NCBI RefSeq assembly: GCF_008831285.2
Contig: NC_045138.2
Location: 6,758,001 to 6,822,000 of the forward strand
DNA from: Nymphaea colorata
Taxonomy: Eukaryota
Reading direction: 5' to 3'
DNA: 64,000 bases
The position numbers were made by a program, and so were the translations under genes. The first letter of the stretch is position 1; each line of letters opens with the position of its first letter. Below the pieces are notes generated by a model that made no database searches, was not told the DNA's origin, and saw only the letters and a program-made list of their open reading frames with translations. Shown here in pieces: positions 27,014 through 39,989 of this stretch.

Positions 27014-30000
27014 GGTGGACTGGCCTGAGCCTAACACTTTTGAAGATGCTCATGTAGTGACTACTTTTGAGAGATGAAGAGCAGAACAGATTTGTACGAA
27101 AAACAGTTTAGATAAGGATTAGCATATGCGATTGCTTTGTATAATTCAATTAGTGTGACAGTTGAATATAGCATTTGATGTATGATTTAATGTTAAGTCA
27201 AGCGAATTTTAATATTCATTCATACCCTTCATTATGTGATAAAATGTGGACCAAGTGTGCATGAGAAACTGGAACTTTGAATTCCATAGGCCCTTGAGCA
27301 TGTAAATAAGTCTATTATATATCCCAAGATAGTTTGCGAGGATTTGTTTTCTGCTTGAATTTTTGAATTGGAAAACACAATTTCGGGGTTGTTTGTGAAC
27401 CTGTTTGAAGCAGGTTCATAAAATAATAGAATCTTAATTTTTGGAATAGATCCAACTGAATCGCTCATAAATCAGCCAAAATTATTAAAAAAATCATTTT
27501 TAAAAGATTAAATGAAAAACCCGTAATAATATTGAAAAACCAAAATTTCTTAAAATAACTTGTTAAATAGTTAAAATTTGATTGGTAGCACCGTTAATTC
27601 CAACTCGGCTCCTCACAATTTCATAGGGTTTATTCTGGATCTGATTAATAGTTTGATCCGATTTTATAATACGGAATTAAACAAAGTGCATGTTGTTAAG
27701 CTAGTTGGATTTGGACCTGATTGCTAGTGAGATCTGATTTTATAAGGGCATCAAACAACATGCTATTAAGCTAGTTGGATCCAGATTCAGTTGTACATAA
27801 TCCTATATTATCATCGTCTGATTCCAGAGATGACTAAACTAGATCTGCATGGATTGGATCTAACAAAAATAGACAAATGGTGCCGGTCCGTGGTTCATTA
27901 AGTTCCGAGCATAATATCGGTCTGGATAATACTGGACCCACAGAAGTGACATCCATATCCAAGTTTCATGAACTCGAGTGCCTTCTAATGTTTGAAACGA
28001 GACAAAAGTAGGCGAAGTTCATGAACTCAATCTCATCTGGATTTGGCATGATCTCAAGGGTGGCAGAACTTCATGACCTGTCGTAGTCTGATCTTTGTGG
28101 TGCAAATTTTCCTCATGTAATTGAAAACGTGGAGCTCATAAGTTCCAGATATTTTAAAACTTGTTCGAAGTTGAAAGTATAAATGACAAATCTCCATCCC
28201 TCAAAATCAATGTGGCGCTAGTCTCCGAGCCAGAACAATTGGTTGGAATATATATATATATATATATATATAAAGTCAGAAAAAACATGTTATTTTCAAA
28301 AAAACGCAAGAAAATTAAATGCCGTTAAAAAAATGCATTTTTTTTGGAAAAAAACATTGAAAAATGAAAACACGTTTTTTTGTTTTTGTTTTTTTTAATG
28401 CCAAACAGTTTTGTTGCAAATCTACTTATCTTTTGATATTTGTGTTACTAGTTTCTCACTTATTGTATTTTTTTCTCTATTTTTAGTTTTTTTTTTTTTT
28501 TTAAAAAATTTACCATATTTTTCTTGGTTTTTGTCTTTTTTTTTTTCAAGTTCACCTTATTATACCCAAGAAAAACTAGCTGTTTAAAACTTCCAAACTT
28601 CATTTGTGACTATGATATATATATAAAGATAAACGTTCTAGAAATAAAGAAATCTTAAGAGACTCACCATGCGGCTCCACCACTGGCGTTAGATATCTCT
28701 GCCAGAGTGTTTGATAGGTGTGACTTTTTTTTCCTCTCGTCATTGTCACAACCCAGTGTGCTAGTTCTCAAAACATAAAAGGTCCCAAAGCATGTTTTGT
28801 GAATCCCAGAGATGATGAACACAGAGAAAAGCAGTGACATCTCTTAGGTGTGGTGGAACTAAATTGAAGAAGCTGCTGACTTGGCAGGTCGGCCCCGATT
28901 CAACTGAATCGGTTGCGATTGGATAAGAAAAAAGACTGGAGATTCTCCAGGATGTGGCCGGCAGAAGCTGGTTGCTCGTTGGATCTAGGATGTTGCACGT
29001 ATGTTATAGTTCGCAAACCTGCTGATTCAAGTCGCGAGTCACCTAAGTCGATTAGGGTCGTCCATTTACTGGGTCATAACTCGGGGCCAGTTAGCTATGT
29101 TCGTTAACTAATTACATGTTTTATACTAAAATTTTTTATTTTTTGATTTGTGAAACACCACAAAAGTTACCAAGTAGACCCAAATTGTTCCCATGTGTAT
29201 AGTTGTCAGCACATGACACAAATACCCATGTTATAGATTATTCAGTTTTAGTTGATGAAAAAATAAAACATGAACTCCCCATAAACTTTTCTTCTTCAAT
29301 CTATTTATAAAAGAAATGCAGCATCAAAGTTTGTGACATAGCCCAATCAAGTTTCCAAGTCAACTCTCTAACCCAATTATCTAGTTTTCAGTTGATTCTA
29401 GTCCAAGTCATAGGTCTACCAACTATGCCTTACACTACAAACAAGAAGACAGTGTCAAACTGATGGAAAGCCAAATCCAAATTATTAGAAAGTGACCAAC
29501 TTAAGTAAAATCATCCTATTCAACACTACCTGGCAACAAAAATAATTTGGAACTGACTCTTATGATTCACTTGATCAAAAAAACATGTTTGGCTTTGAGA
29601 TGCAGCAAGGAACACATAATGGTAGGTCAGAAGTCATAGCATGTGAAGAGCACCCTAATTATGAGCAACAAAGCAGCCAAGAGTTGGTTCTTTTGTTGTC
29701 ATGGCGGCAGGGCTGGAGACATAATTTTTTTTCATGGAACACTAAATATACGGTTAACAAATTTTTAATTGATCATGGAGCAGTGACCTTGATCTCATGG
29801 GGCTACTCCATAAAATTGGACCCACGGCCACCAAAATTTCAATACTAAATTAATGTTTCAAAGAATGGGCTCCATGCCCAACGGAGTCCGCACCTCCCTC
29901 CGCCCCTGGGTGGTGGAGATCATGAATTGTGGTGGGTGAGTTTTCTTGTTTGTTGTAGGAGAGTTTGGAACCATGAATTGCATGTTAAATGATCAATAAA

Positions 30001-33000
30001 ATACAGACTGCAGGGTATGAGCCATGCCCAATAAACTTTTTTCCCTCAGTGGACCCACTTCATGATTAGTGTTGCAAACTAGTCGAACTCGTGACAGCTA
30101 GCAAAATGCACCAAAACTTGACATCAACTCCATATCAAATATTGTGAGGAATCTTTGAGGGTTTAAAATGATGATTGCTAAATGATTGGTTGTATTGGTT
30201 TCTAGCTTTTTTCCGAAGTTAAAACAAAAACTAATAGGGAATGGGTACGGATCCGTCAAAATAAAGGCCCGAGCCCATAATGAAAGTGGGTCGAGTCGTG
30301 ACACAAGATGTAAACAGAGGGATGCCCAAGGCAAAGACAAAGCCACCTCCTCCTTTCTAATGCCTCCTAGGTCTAGGACTGCATCGGTGCATGAACGTAG
30401 TTCCGGTGCACCGTTTCAAGTTGTGACCCACCTCATGTTGCCTTTGAGCATACCACTCATAGGAATATAACATATATACGACATGAGACATTTACTCTCG
30501 CTAACCCAACCAGCTAAGCTATGCCCTTTGAGGTAACAAAATCTTCGAATAAAATTCGGGCCACTCACAATCCTCATATTCATAATAGGACAACTAGGGC
30601 TAGTAGTGGCAACAGGACGGAAAGTGCTAATACAGTACTTGAATTTGGATCCGTCACATCTTTCATAAGAAAAAACCATTTTAGCTTCCACCTCAAAGTC
30701 AGAAATTACTGCATATTATTCTGAACTTAGTTCAGGTAAAAGTATTCGGTCTATCAGTTTTATTTTACAAAGGTGTTTGGTGGGAAGAACAATGTGTTCT
30801 TGGACGCAATCGTCTATAACATTTGTTTGAAAGACACTGTTTCTTCTTCTAAGAAATATAGTGTAACTATTTATCACGCTTTCTATATTAGAAAAATGTG
30901 CTTATGTGGTTTAATAACATATGTTGCAAAAATGTAGTGTTCATATTATCAAATGCTCTTTTGTTGGTCCTATCCAAACACTTAACTGGATTTCGTTTGT
31001 AACACGGCTGTAGGCCTGAAGTAATGGTACCGGGTCCAGACCCAGATCTTCTTTCTTAAAGAGGGGGCTTCTCAAGGAGATCATGATAAATGATTTTGAA
31101 TCCGGTCCTTGATATAGGTTAATTTATCATAAGAATCTACGGAGTTGTAGAAGCAAAAGAAAAACATTAGTAGTGAAACCCTAATTGCAGTACTTAACCC
31201 GCCGCATGATTCAGATCGTTGGTCTAAAATTTCAACTGGGGACTGATCCACGGATCCAGATTTTTTCAGAATTCCTAATCCATTTCTCGAACCAAATTTG
31301 GATACGGATCATGCACTAATTGGCTCCCATATTTGAAAATCAAACCCAGATTCAGATTCAGCTTTGGGGAAGTGCCTAGCGCATTTGAATCTAATGCATG
31401 ATCAGATCCAATTTCTTTGCCAGATCTGACAAAACAGATTTGAAATCGGATCCTTAGGTATCTATATCCCTAATGAAAGGTGGGTCAACATTGGGATCAG
31501 ATATTAAGTATAATGTCAGATTCATTCACAATCTCTACAGAATCATTTAGGGGACCAACTCGTTTCTGAAAGAAAGAATATATTAGGAGCCATGAATGCC
31601 AACTACCATATAATCGGGAGATCACAATAATGCAGAGAATGCTAATTTATTATGGTACAAAAATTTGGTGCATTATGTAATCAATGCAGAGTAGATGCTC
31701 TCTCTATGGAGAAGAAGAGACAGAGGGTCACTTCAAACGCTGACTTGAGGGCACTGTTTAATGACGACAAAACAAATGAACTTTTTCATTTCATGTCTAA
31801 CCTGTTTGCCTGTAATTGCAAAAGTGATCTACAATTTTTTTCAATAAAACCGTCTTTTTCATAAAAAAATAAAACAAAAGAGAGGCTGGAAAAACAAAAA
31901 AGTTGGCTGCAATCTTAGACGCCGACGAGAAACCACTCACAGAGAGGCCGAAACCCTCCCCCTTCTCCTTTTCCCATAATATAAAGATATTTTGAGATCT
32001 GGGTGGACCCATCATATACATGTTAATTAGAGTGTCATATTGCTTTCGTTTGCGGTATAAAAATGTAGTATCCTTGATAATTAAATGGCTAACCATGCTA
32101 CCTTTCACCTGTGAGTTTGACTAGCTATGTTACATCCCTCAAAAAATCCCTCAAAAAAACCCTGGGCTCGAGCTGGCCCCGGTGGGTTTCATAATTTATT
32201 TTTATTTTTTATTAATTTATACATAATTATAATATTTTATTATAATTTATTACATTTATATATTATTTTTATATTAAAAATGTATTTTTAAATTTAATCG
32301 GACAGGCCCGGGCTGGGCTGAGGCTCGGGTTTTTCGAGCCGAGCCTAGCCCAGTTTTTGAATGTCGGGCCGACTCGGGTTCGACTCCTTATCGGGCCGGA
32401 TCGGCCCGATGCCCAGACTTATCAAAGATAGCTGCCATCTTTTTATAATATTGTTTCATATAATTAAGTTACCTTTTTGCCCTTTTAAGTGACATATTAG
32501 AAATTGATAAGAGTGGAGAAATGTAAGAAAGGGGAGAGAGTGGGGTTAAATGAGAACGATTTCTCTGTTATGTCGTAACATAGGAAAACATGCTTTCATA
32601 GTTTAAACCTAAGGGGTATTTTGGTCATTTTATTGAAAGATTTTTTGACCCACATCATTTTTGCCTTTGTAAAGAAGTTTCCATTTAGTTAATAAGGGTA
32701 TTTTCATCATTTTGGGTCTATAACACATGGCCCCTTGTTATGAGCCATAAAGACACCCTTGTTTTAAAAAATCATAAAGAGTGGTTCCCTTTTGGGAATT
32801 ATAGGTTATGAGGTCCTAAAAGGGAAACTTCCCAAACTGAAACAATAATTGCCCTATATGTGGCTGATGCTGTGAAGGCAAATGCTGGAGTCCCCAAAAA
32901 ATTTTGTGATCTAGATACCAGACATTAACTAAACAACAATGTAAATTTCATGATCTTGGGCACCTTTTTCATGCTGCCAAACAGCCTCACCTATGCCATT

Positions 33001-34404
33001 ATTTCTCCCTTCACAGGAAGAGAACTCCAGGATCCCAAGTTTCACGCTGGGCAGGAACATCTAACTATCTAAGATCATGATACTGGTTCATTTTCTTCCA
33101 GAAATGTGAACAGTCAAATAGATCATGATTTTGGTTCACAAAAAGCATGATATTGTTCCTACAAGAAGGTCCAAACAAACGTGATCAGTGCAAGTAGCTT
33201 TGTAGAGTAATCTGGGTCCATCCCCAAGGGTTTGAATGGGTCAGGCCTGGCCTGGTTATCGGGATTACTGAACCCAAAATCGACTCATTTAGACTAATCA
33301 TTCCTGAGTTGGATGACACCAGCTGAAACAGAATATAGATCTTAGAGGTTTCAAATTCGATACTGAATTCAGGTTTAGGTTCAAGTTGAGATTTGGTTCC
33401 CGTGCAATAGCTTTTATTTGTGCCCGATCCGGATTTGGTCATCGAATCCGACAAGACAAAAGGAAGTTGGATTTGTTTGGATATCTACACAGAATCTGAA
33501 CCATTCTTGAGTAAGTAGGAGGAGTATTTCATCTTACCACCCCAGACGAGAGCTGAAGCCTCGATGCAACTCCTCGGCTACTTAAAATATAGGTCCTGCT
33601 TTCGATGCCTCAAAATATCGCTTCCATCGTGCTTCAACTTGTGGGTCGATAAACCCGTTTTTGCAGCCCCATTTCAATTAAAATCAAATGTACCCTCTAA
33701 GGCTGCGCACCGGGTTCCCGGTACCTGTGCTGGCTCGATAAGCTCGATTTGGACTCGATAATTGGTTTTTTAAAATTTTTATTAATATATATACATATAT
33801 TTTATATTTAAAAAAGTATTTTTAAATTTACTAGGGTCGAGCTCGGGCTCGGTTTTTTCAAATTGGGTCGAGCTTGGGCTCAGGTTTTTCGAATTGGGTC
33901 GAGCCCGAACCTAGTTTTTGAATGTTAGGCCAGCTCGGGTTCGACTTGTTATGGCCCGTCCGGGCCCGGCCAGAGGCCCGTGCTTAGTCCTCAATCTTAC
34001 CAATCTGCTATGGTCAAATTTCTTTATGGCAAGGTGGCGAAGTACAGAGTAGAGCGGGTAATCGGTGAGAAAATGACTTCTTGTGTCCACTTAAGGGGTG
34101 AGGTCTACTCGCAAGAATTATCGAGCCGACAGAACGTCACAAGTTTCAAACCCCACAATGAATGCGCTTACTTTCACCTAATCTTCTAATCCTACCTAAT
34201 CTGTACTGCCGGATCATACGTTGATTAAGTTCAGTATATAAATGTTGTATTAATAGTTAATAAATACTGTTAAGTTCTTGCCAAAATGCATCTTCATCGT
34301 CCTTTTTTAGTCCAAAAACAATTACAAAAAGCCGCTTGAGCAGATAACAAATTACTGCTCAACTTGTACCGAGGAGGTTCCGTGAGCCTCGGGCCGAAAA
34401 GCAA

Positions 34405-34834
34405 TAGGGATGTCAACGGATCGGACTCGGATCTAATATATTCTTAATCATATCCATTTTTTTGGATATTCACATGTCCGAATTCGAATAAAGAAAAGTC
34501 ATCTCCGAATTCAAATCCAAATCCGATTTTATATTATGAATCCGATTTTTATATTTATATCTGAATCCAAATCCAAATTTTGACCTCGATTTTGTCAATT
34601 TCCAAAATTTAATAGCATTAGATACAAGATGTTTGTCTAAAAATGAATCTGGTCCATATCTAAATCCGATCGAATATTTATGTATATCTGAATCCAAATC
34701 TGATCGGATGCCATTTATTAAATCCGAATCCGATCCAATTTCTTAATCGAATATTTAAATTTTTGTTCATATCTGATTTTTTCAGATCGGTTCGGTCGGA
34801 TATCTAATTCAAATAGAATATATTGACATCCCTA
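34405..34834. mobile_element. hAT-type MITE (TAGGGATGTCAA termini)
   Basis: tagggatgtcaa ... ttgacatcccta with many atccga/tcggat subterminal motifs. The corresponding copy in unit C is at ~57873-58316; mostly deleted in unit B (only the right end at ~49915-49950). Confidence 0.85.
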
Positions 34835-35517
34835 ATCAGCAATGAGTGCCTACCTCCCTTGTGCCAGTGGGTGGGTCCAGTCTACTAGCTAACGTGCACT
34901 ATGGACCCTAGGAAAAGAGAAGAAGGTGGCGGAGGGGTTTGGTTCTAGTGGTAGATACTCACTCAACTTTCTTCTAGCAGAAAATATTAATTTTTTAGTA
35001 CAAAATAAGAATAATATCTTTGGTGGTGCGCTAAGGAATGTATGGTTCATTAAGAAAGGCATTTTTTTATATATAAAAAATTAATGCTTTCTAACAATAG
35101 GTGGCTCTTTGATATATATATTTTTTTATATGTTTAGCGCATATATATATATGAACTTTTAAGTTGAGTAGTTATTTGTTATTTGCTGAAACGATAAACA
35201 CCATTTCTTTCCATTTTTCTCAATTGAAGAAAAATAATTAAAATATTTGTATTGATTTAAGGAAAATGCTTATCTAAAGAAGTCTATAAACCTGTACCGG
35301 CTGTAGGATAACATATCCGCAATGCAGGACAATATTAACAACACTTTTTGGTTTCTCAGCTTAAGATATCTCTTTCTATCACCTTTTGCTTGAATGCTCA
35401 CCGCTAAGCATTTAATAGAAAGAGAAAGGACATTGTTTGAATTGTCTCAAAAGTTGGTCGTCAATATTTAGTTGCTTCTATATGTCTGTCTGTGAATCCT
35501 AGCTATTTGAATTTCTA

Positions 35518-36247
35518 ACTGTTGGAGTAATCTTTTTCTTGCCTTGCGAGTATGCAAAAAGAAAGCCAAAGAAGGATCAGTTCATGAATGACTGTAGATC
35601 CTTCAGGCCCCCAAGATGCAGATACCAAGGAAATGCAGAGGAAGACTAACAACTTGGAACATTCACTTGGGCATCATAATGTTCAAAAGAGTAAAAAACT
35701 GGCACTCTTGCACCAACAGAACTGGCTAAGAAGTTTTATAGAGATGGCAGGCAACTCATCAACTAGCATCTGCCACAGGAGCATCATTTTCCTTATCGAG
35801 CAGCATGTCAAAGGCTCCAAAAGGACTTCTGCATTTGAATTCATGACTAATTAATGGTTCTTCAGTGAACTTCAGTTCATTTACAAGGAATTCTACAAGC
35901 AATTGAATGACTATATCATTGATGTGACCTGTGAAACGTTCATTTGAAGATCAAGCCCAAGAATATCTTACTAGATCATGATTTTGCACCAAAGATTTCT
36001 GGTTTTGGCTTAGCAGAATTGAATGGAAATGAAAAGAATGGGGTTTGTATTGCAGCAGGAAAGGGCACAATAAGATATATTTCACTGGAGATGCCTAAAT
36101 AATATCTCCCAGAAGTTTAGACCTTTAGACTTGACATATTTGGAACCAGAAAACACAAAGAATCAAATGTTGGCATTTCCAGTGAAAGCTTGAAGGAATT
36201 GGAAAAGGAAAACTATACAAAGGTAACAGTGACGGCATTGATGGAAC
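35518..36247 (+). pseudogene. LRK10L-2 / Lr10-like receptor kinase pseudogene (TM-juxtamembrane + kinase exon), copy A, 3' truncated by LTR-element sequence
   Basis: Frame-hopping translation: KEMQRKTNNLEHSLG (cf. DIKKITNQFKDKLGQG), VKGSKRTSAFEFMTN (cf. EGSKRALVYEFMPN), HLKIKPKNILLDHDFAPKISGFGLAE at 35941-36018 (cf. HFDIKPHNILLD.NF.PKISDFGLAK), AGKGTIRYISLEM (cf. ARGTIGYIAPE). Stops and frameshifts throughout. Confidence 0.85.
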
Positions 36248-38969
36248 TGTTGAAGGGAAAATTATCTCACTTTTGGGTTATAGTGCTCTGGTACCAACTG
36301 ATAGGATCTGACCTTGTAACGACCAAGAAACTGCCGAAGACTGATCCTCCTCCCAAGATCTCTTGGAGTGGGATGCTAGGTCGGCTAAATAATTAAGCCT
36401 TACAAAATTTTTCCCTAGCCGGACAGCAACCCCGGAATGACTCCAAGGTCAAGGGTACAAGTGGGTTTCCCAGCCCAAGTTACAGCCTGCTACAAATGCT
36501 AAGGGGTTTGATGCTTAATACAAGCGTATGCAATACATTAATCACTCACTTCACTCCCCATACATGAAAACCATTCCACATACACCCTATCATCTCTAGG
36601 TGTCCAAACCACACCCAGCACCCTTAGGTAGGCTCGCGCAACCCAGGACTGTGCCTTTGGCTATTTATGCCTTGGAGGAGTCCCTACCGCTTGCTTGGCC
36701 AAAGGCCGGTTGAAAACAAATACTCCCTCCCCGATTCTATTGGGAGTTACAAGCCTCACATACCGGGGCCTCACCCGGCATCTCCACGCGGCAATTAGCT
36801 CGGAGAATGTCAGCAGAAGCTTGGGCTGCTCTTTCGAATTCAGCTCGCTTCTAGTTCAGCAGCTGCTGCCCCGATTGCTCCGAGCTTGAGACAGCAAACA
36901 ACAAATCACTGTTCTAATAATGCAGCTAGAGCAACATACAAGAGGAGGAAATGCATCACCGTGCTCCAATATTGCCCCAAGTGTTTGATGTTTTGGGGAG
37001 GCAGGCATCAGGTACGCTGATAGTTGTCTTCTCCTCTTGTTAATCGCGACAGACTAGCGGCTATCGCCTTCCTCTTGACAGCAGCTGGTTTGGTCGTCTC
37101 CTTCCACAGTGAACAGCAGTTTATCTTAGACAATGGCAAAGATATTTCAGAAGGGATAGGGAAGTCACCAGAGGACAATTTAACCCCTGTCTTTGTAGCG
37201 AGGAGAGGGAAGCAATTGCCAGAATGCGCCGGCGAACTCAGGTGACTCCCTTGCGCCGCTTGTGACTGTTTTGGTCCTAAGGCGACAGCTCCTGTCCGCT
37301 ACCGATTATGTCCAACAAATATAAGACAGAAATTACTGACAGATTTGGAATTAATGACAATAATTTCTCATGTTTGAATGCATCACCAGAAAGTAGAAGC
37401 AACCCCAAACAGTGACATAATTGGGGGAATGATGGTCGGAGGCACCGATGAACATGAGAAATTCCCTACTTTAGTTCTGGTTTTGTGTCTATCAGCCGGA
37501 CAGTGACTTCTTCCTTGATTAAGGATTAGAGGACAACAAATATCAAATTCTCAGTAAGAGTATGAAATGATAGACCAAACATTTATAGAATTGTCACCGA
37601 ATTTTATCAGAATCCCAATTATTGATGAATTGGGGGCATAAAGGAGGCTCGGCCTCGAAACAGAATCCAGCAGCGTCACACGTTCAGGTGGAACTTGGAA
37701 AATCTACATATTCATAATCCGAGTTCCAAAAATTCTAAAATCTTGTGGAAATGTTTTGTGAACACTTGGGAACCCGAATTGATTGATACCACTCGATTCT
37801 GGCAATATCATCTCCGATCATCATCGCCAAGTGAAGAAAACAACAATCAATGAATGGCGATGGGAATTTGTTGATCAGAGCACCTGTTTGGTCGATCTAA
37901 GATCAACGTTAGACTATTGTCGGAATAGCGATCGAATGCATCAGAATCCCGTCAACACCTCCTGATTGCTCGATCCTTTGATCTAGATCGAAATGGACCG
38001 ATCTACACGCACGTTAGACTGGGCTTGTCGGAATCATGGGTGTGTCAATGTCGTTACATCAACCTTTATCAGAATCTATGACTTCTTCAACTGATAGTAT
38101 CAGTGGAGATTCAAATACTAACCTGAACTGAAGAATCGCCGGTGGTCGATGTTGCAGGGTCAGAATCTATCGCCGAGTCTTCAGCCTCTGTTGCCCTCAT
38201 TTGCAACTCCCGGTGGTGATTGCAGCCTCTAACCTCCTCTATGATTGGGGAGATTACACCGTCAGCCACTCTACAATGTCGAACTGGGAATAAGCGATGT
38301 CTGAAGCTTCTAATAGCATTTTCCGGCCACCGCTCCAGTGAAATTTTTGGCAATGATCCCTCCTGGTGACAATGACTAGAGAAAGATGTCTTTGTTGCAA
38401 GACAGTCACCAGAAAGAAGAACTCAAAACTTCATTAATTATCAGATAAGGTTATTACACACAATTTCATCTTTTATAATGCTGAAGTGTCCCGGGTCAAG
38501 TCTGTTGTCTCGGTCTGAAACGATACAAAAGAAACAAAGCGAAACAAAAACAAATTCTTGAACTGTCTTGGGCGTCTTGACCCGCACCTGCTCAGGTTGC
38601 CTGAGGTCGGGTTGAACTGAGTGATTTGCCTTTATTCGATAGACGCTCAGCTAGGCTCTTCCCCCACCCCACTTAGGTTCACCATCGGCTTCTCTCCTCA
38701 GTTGGTCGTTGATGCTCTGACCGCAATCGTTGACCTGACTCGCTCCTGCTCTGCTCTTGTTTCCAGTCTCATCACCTTGACCGACTGGGTGCTGATCTCC
38801 ATGGTCCGTTGCTGGGTCTAAATCCGATCGCTTCTAGAGTTCAGACTTACCCTTGCACTCTATGTTACCGGGGTGTGGCAGAATTGGACCCGCACCCACG
38901 TCGACGCGGTGCGGGTGCAGATTCGGGTGCGGGTGCAACCTAGATTCGCACCCAAACCGCACCTAATGA

Positions 38970-39162
38970 GCGTGTATGTGGTACGTTTGGATCTGGTTCC
39001 GGATCGAAACCAGATCCAAACCAAGTTCATCTAAAGGCGTGTACGTGGTACCTTTGGATCTGGTTTTGGGTTGAAACCAGATCCAAACCAAGTTTAAGGC
39101 GTGTACGTGGTACGTTTGGATCTGATTACGGGTCGAAACCAGATCCAAACCAAGTCCATCTG
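38970..39162. repeat. Three tandem 62-67 bp units, each with an internal hairpin
   Basis: Units start at 38970, 39037 and 39099 (gcgtgtaYgtggtac); each contains tttggatctg-N-cagatccaaa inverted arms. Confidence 0.9.
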
Positions 39163-39989
39163 TAAAAAGTTAAACTTTTCTCACTCGTCGAGGTCTGCCA
39201 CCACGCTGAGCCTCACTTTGTTGTCTGCCCTTGGTGTCCTCGGCCTTGACCACAACCTGTTGCTTGCGGCAATTAACCTCACTAAGATCTCCACCTAGGG
39301 CAGCTGCTAGCCTCATCTTGTCGTTAACCTCGCTAGGGATTTGGCCTGATGCGATGCTCTCCTCGCTTCAGCTCATCGCGCCCGGAAAGGGCGTGCGGCC
39401 CTTCCCATGCTGTAACCTCCTTCGGCGTCTTTGGCTATGCATCCCACGGCAGTGCTCATCAATCCTCGACCACGCTCCTCATCAGCTGGTATGCCCTGGC
39501 CGCGACATCTGCATCACACGATGTCCCGCATTCTCTTTAGCCTCCGTATGTGCCCGACTGCACTTGTCAACACTTTCAGCCTCACGTGACTGCGCTGGGC
39601 GCTCTTCTGCCACTTGGTTGGCACGACCCATTGCCGCTCTCGGCTGACTCCTCACGGTAACCTCACTTTGGCTAACTCCGCCTGCATCATCCTGTTCGAC
39701 TTCCACAGTAACCACACTTTGATTGCGACCCTCGACATCAGCTGTCGCACCTATAGCCCATCCTGTGCCGGCTATCTGCTCGGCAGTCTCGGCACATTGC
39801 AGCTTGGCTGTGTCCTCTACTTCATCCTTGGCGGCGGTCTCGACACTGCTTGCCGTTGTGACTATGGCTTCGAATTCGACAATGCCTTCGGCGACGGCCG
39901 CGATCATGCTAGCGCCAGGTCTTTCGGCAGCCTCTTCGGCGGCATTCGATAATGCTCCAAGTAGGTTGGTATTAGATCCACCCTCCTTG

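Larger units (their letters stand above)
28066..36540 (+). repeat. Segmental tandem duplication, copy A
   Basis: Colinear by eye with 45292-51987 from ttcatga.ctgtcgt.gtctgatctttgt to gcgtatgc.atacatta, and with 54196-59786 from about 30380 onward. Confidence 0.92.

Noticed and set aside
35345..35373. Loose miR2275-like target on the minus strand upstream of each kinase pseudogene
   Set aside because: Needs a multi-nucleotide bulge and has mismatches at the cleavage position; not a canonical site.
38348..38370. Partial miR390 complement (atccctcctg)
   Set aside because: Mismatched opposite the miRNA 5' seed, no second site and no tasiARF sequence seen; not a TAS3 locus.
38970..39162. CRISPR-like palindromic repeat array
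   Set aside because: Eukaryotic context, no unique spacers (units are contiguous tandem copies) and no cas genes.
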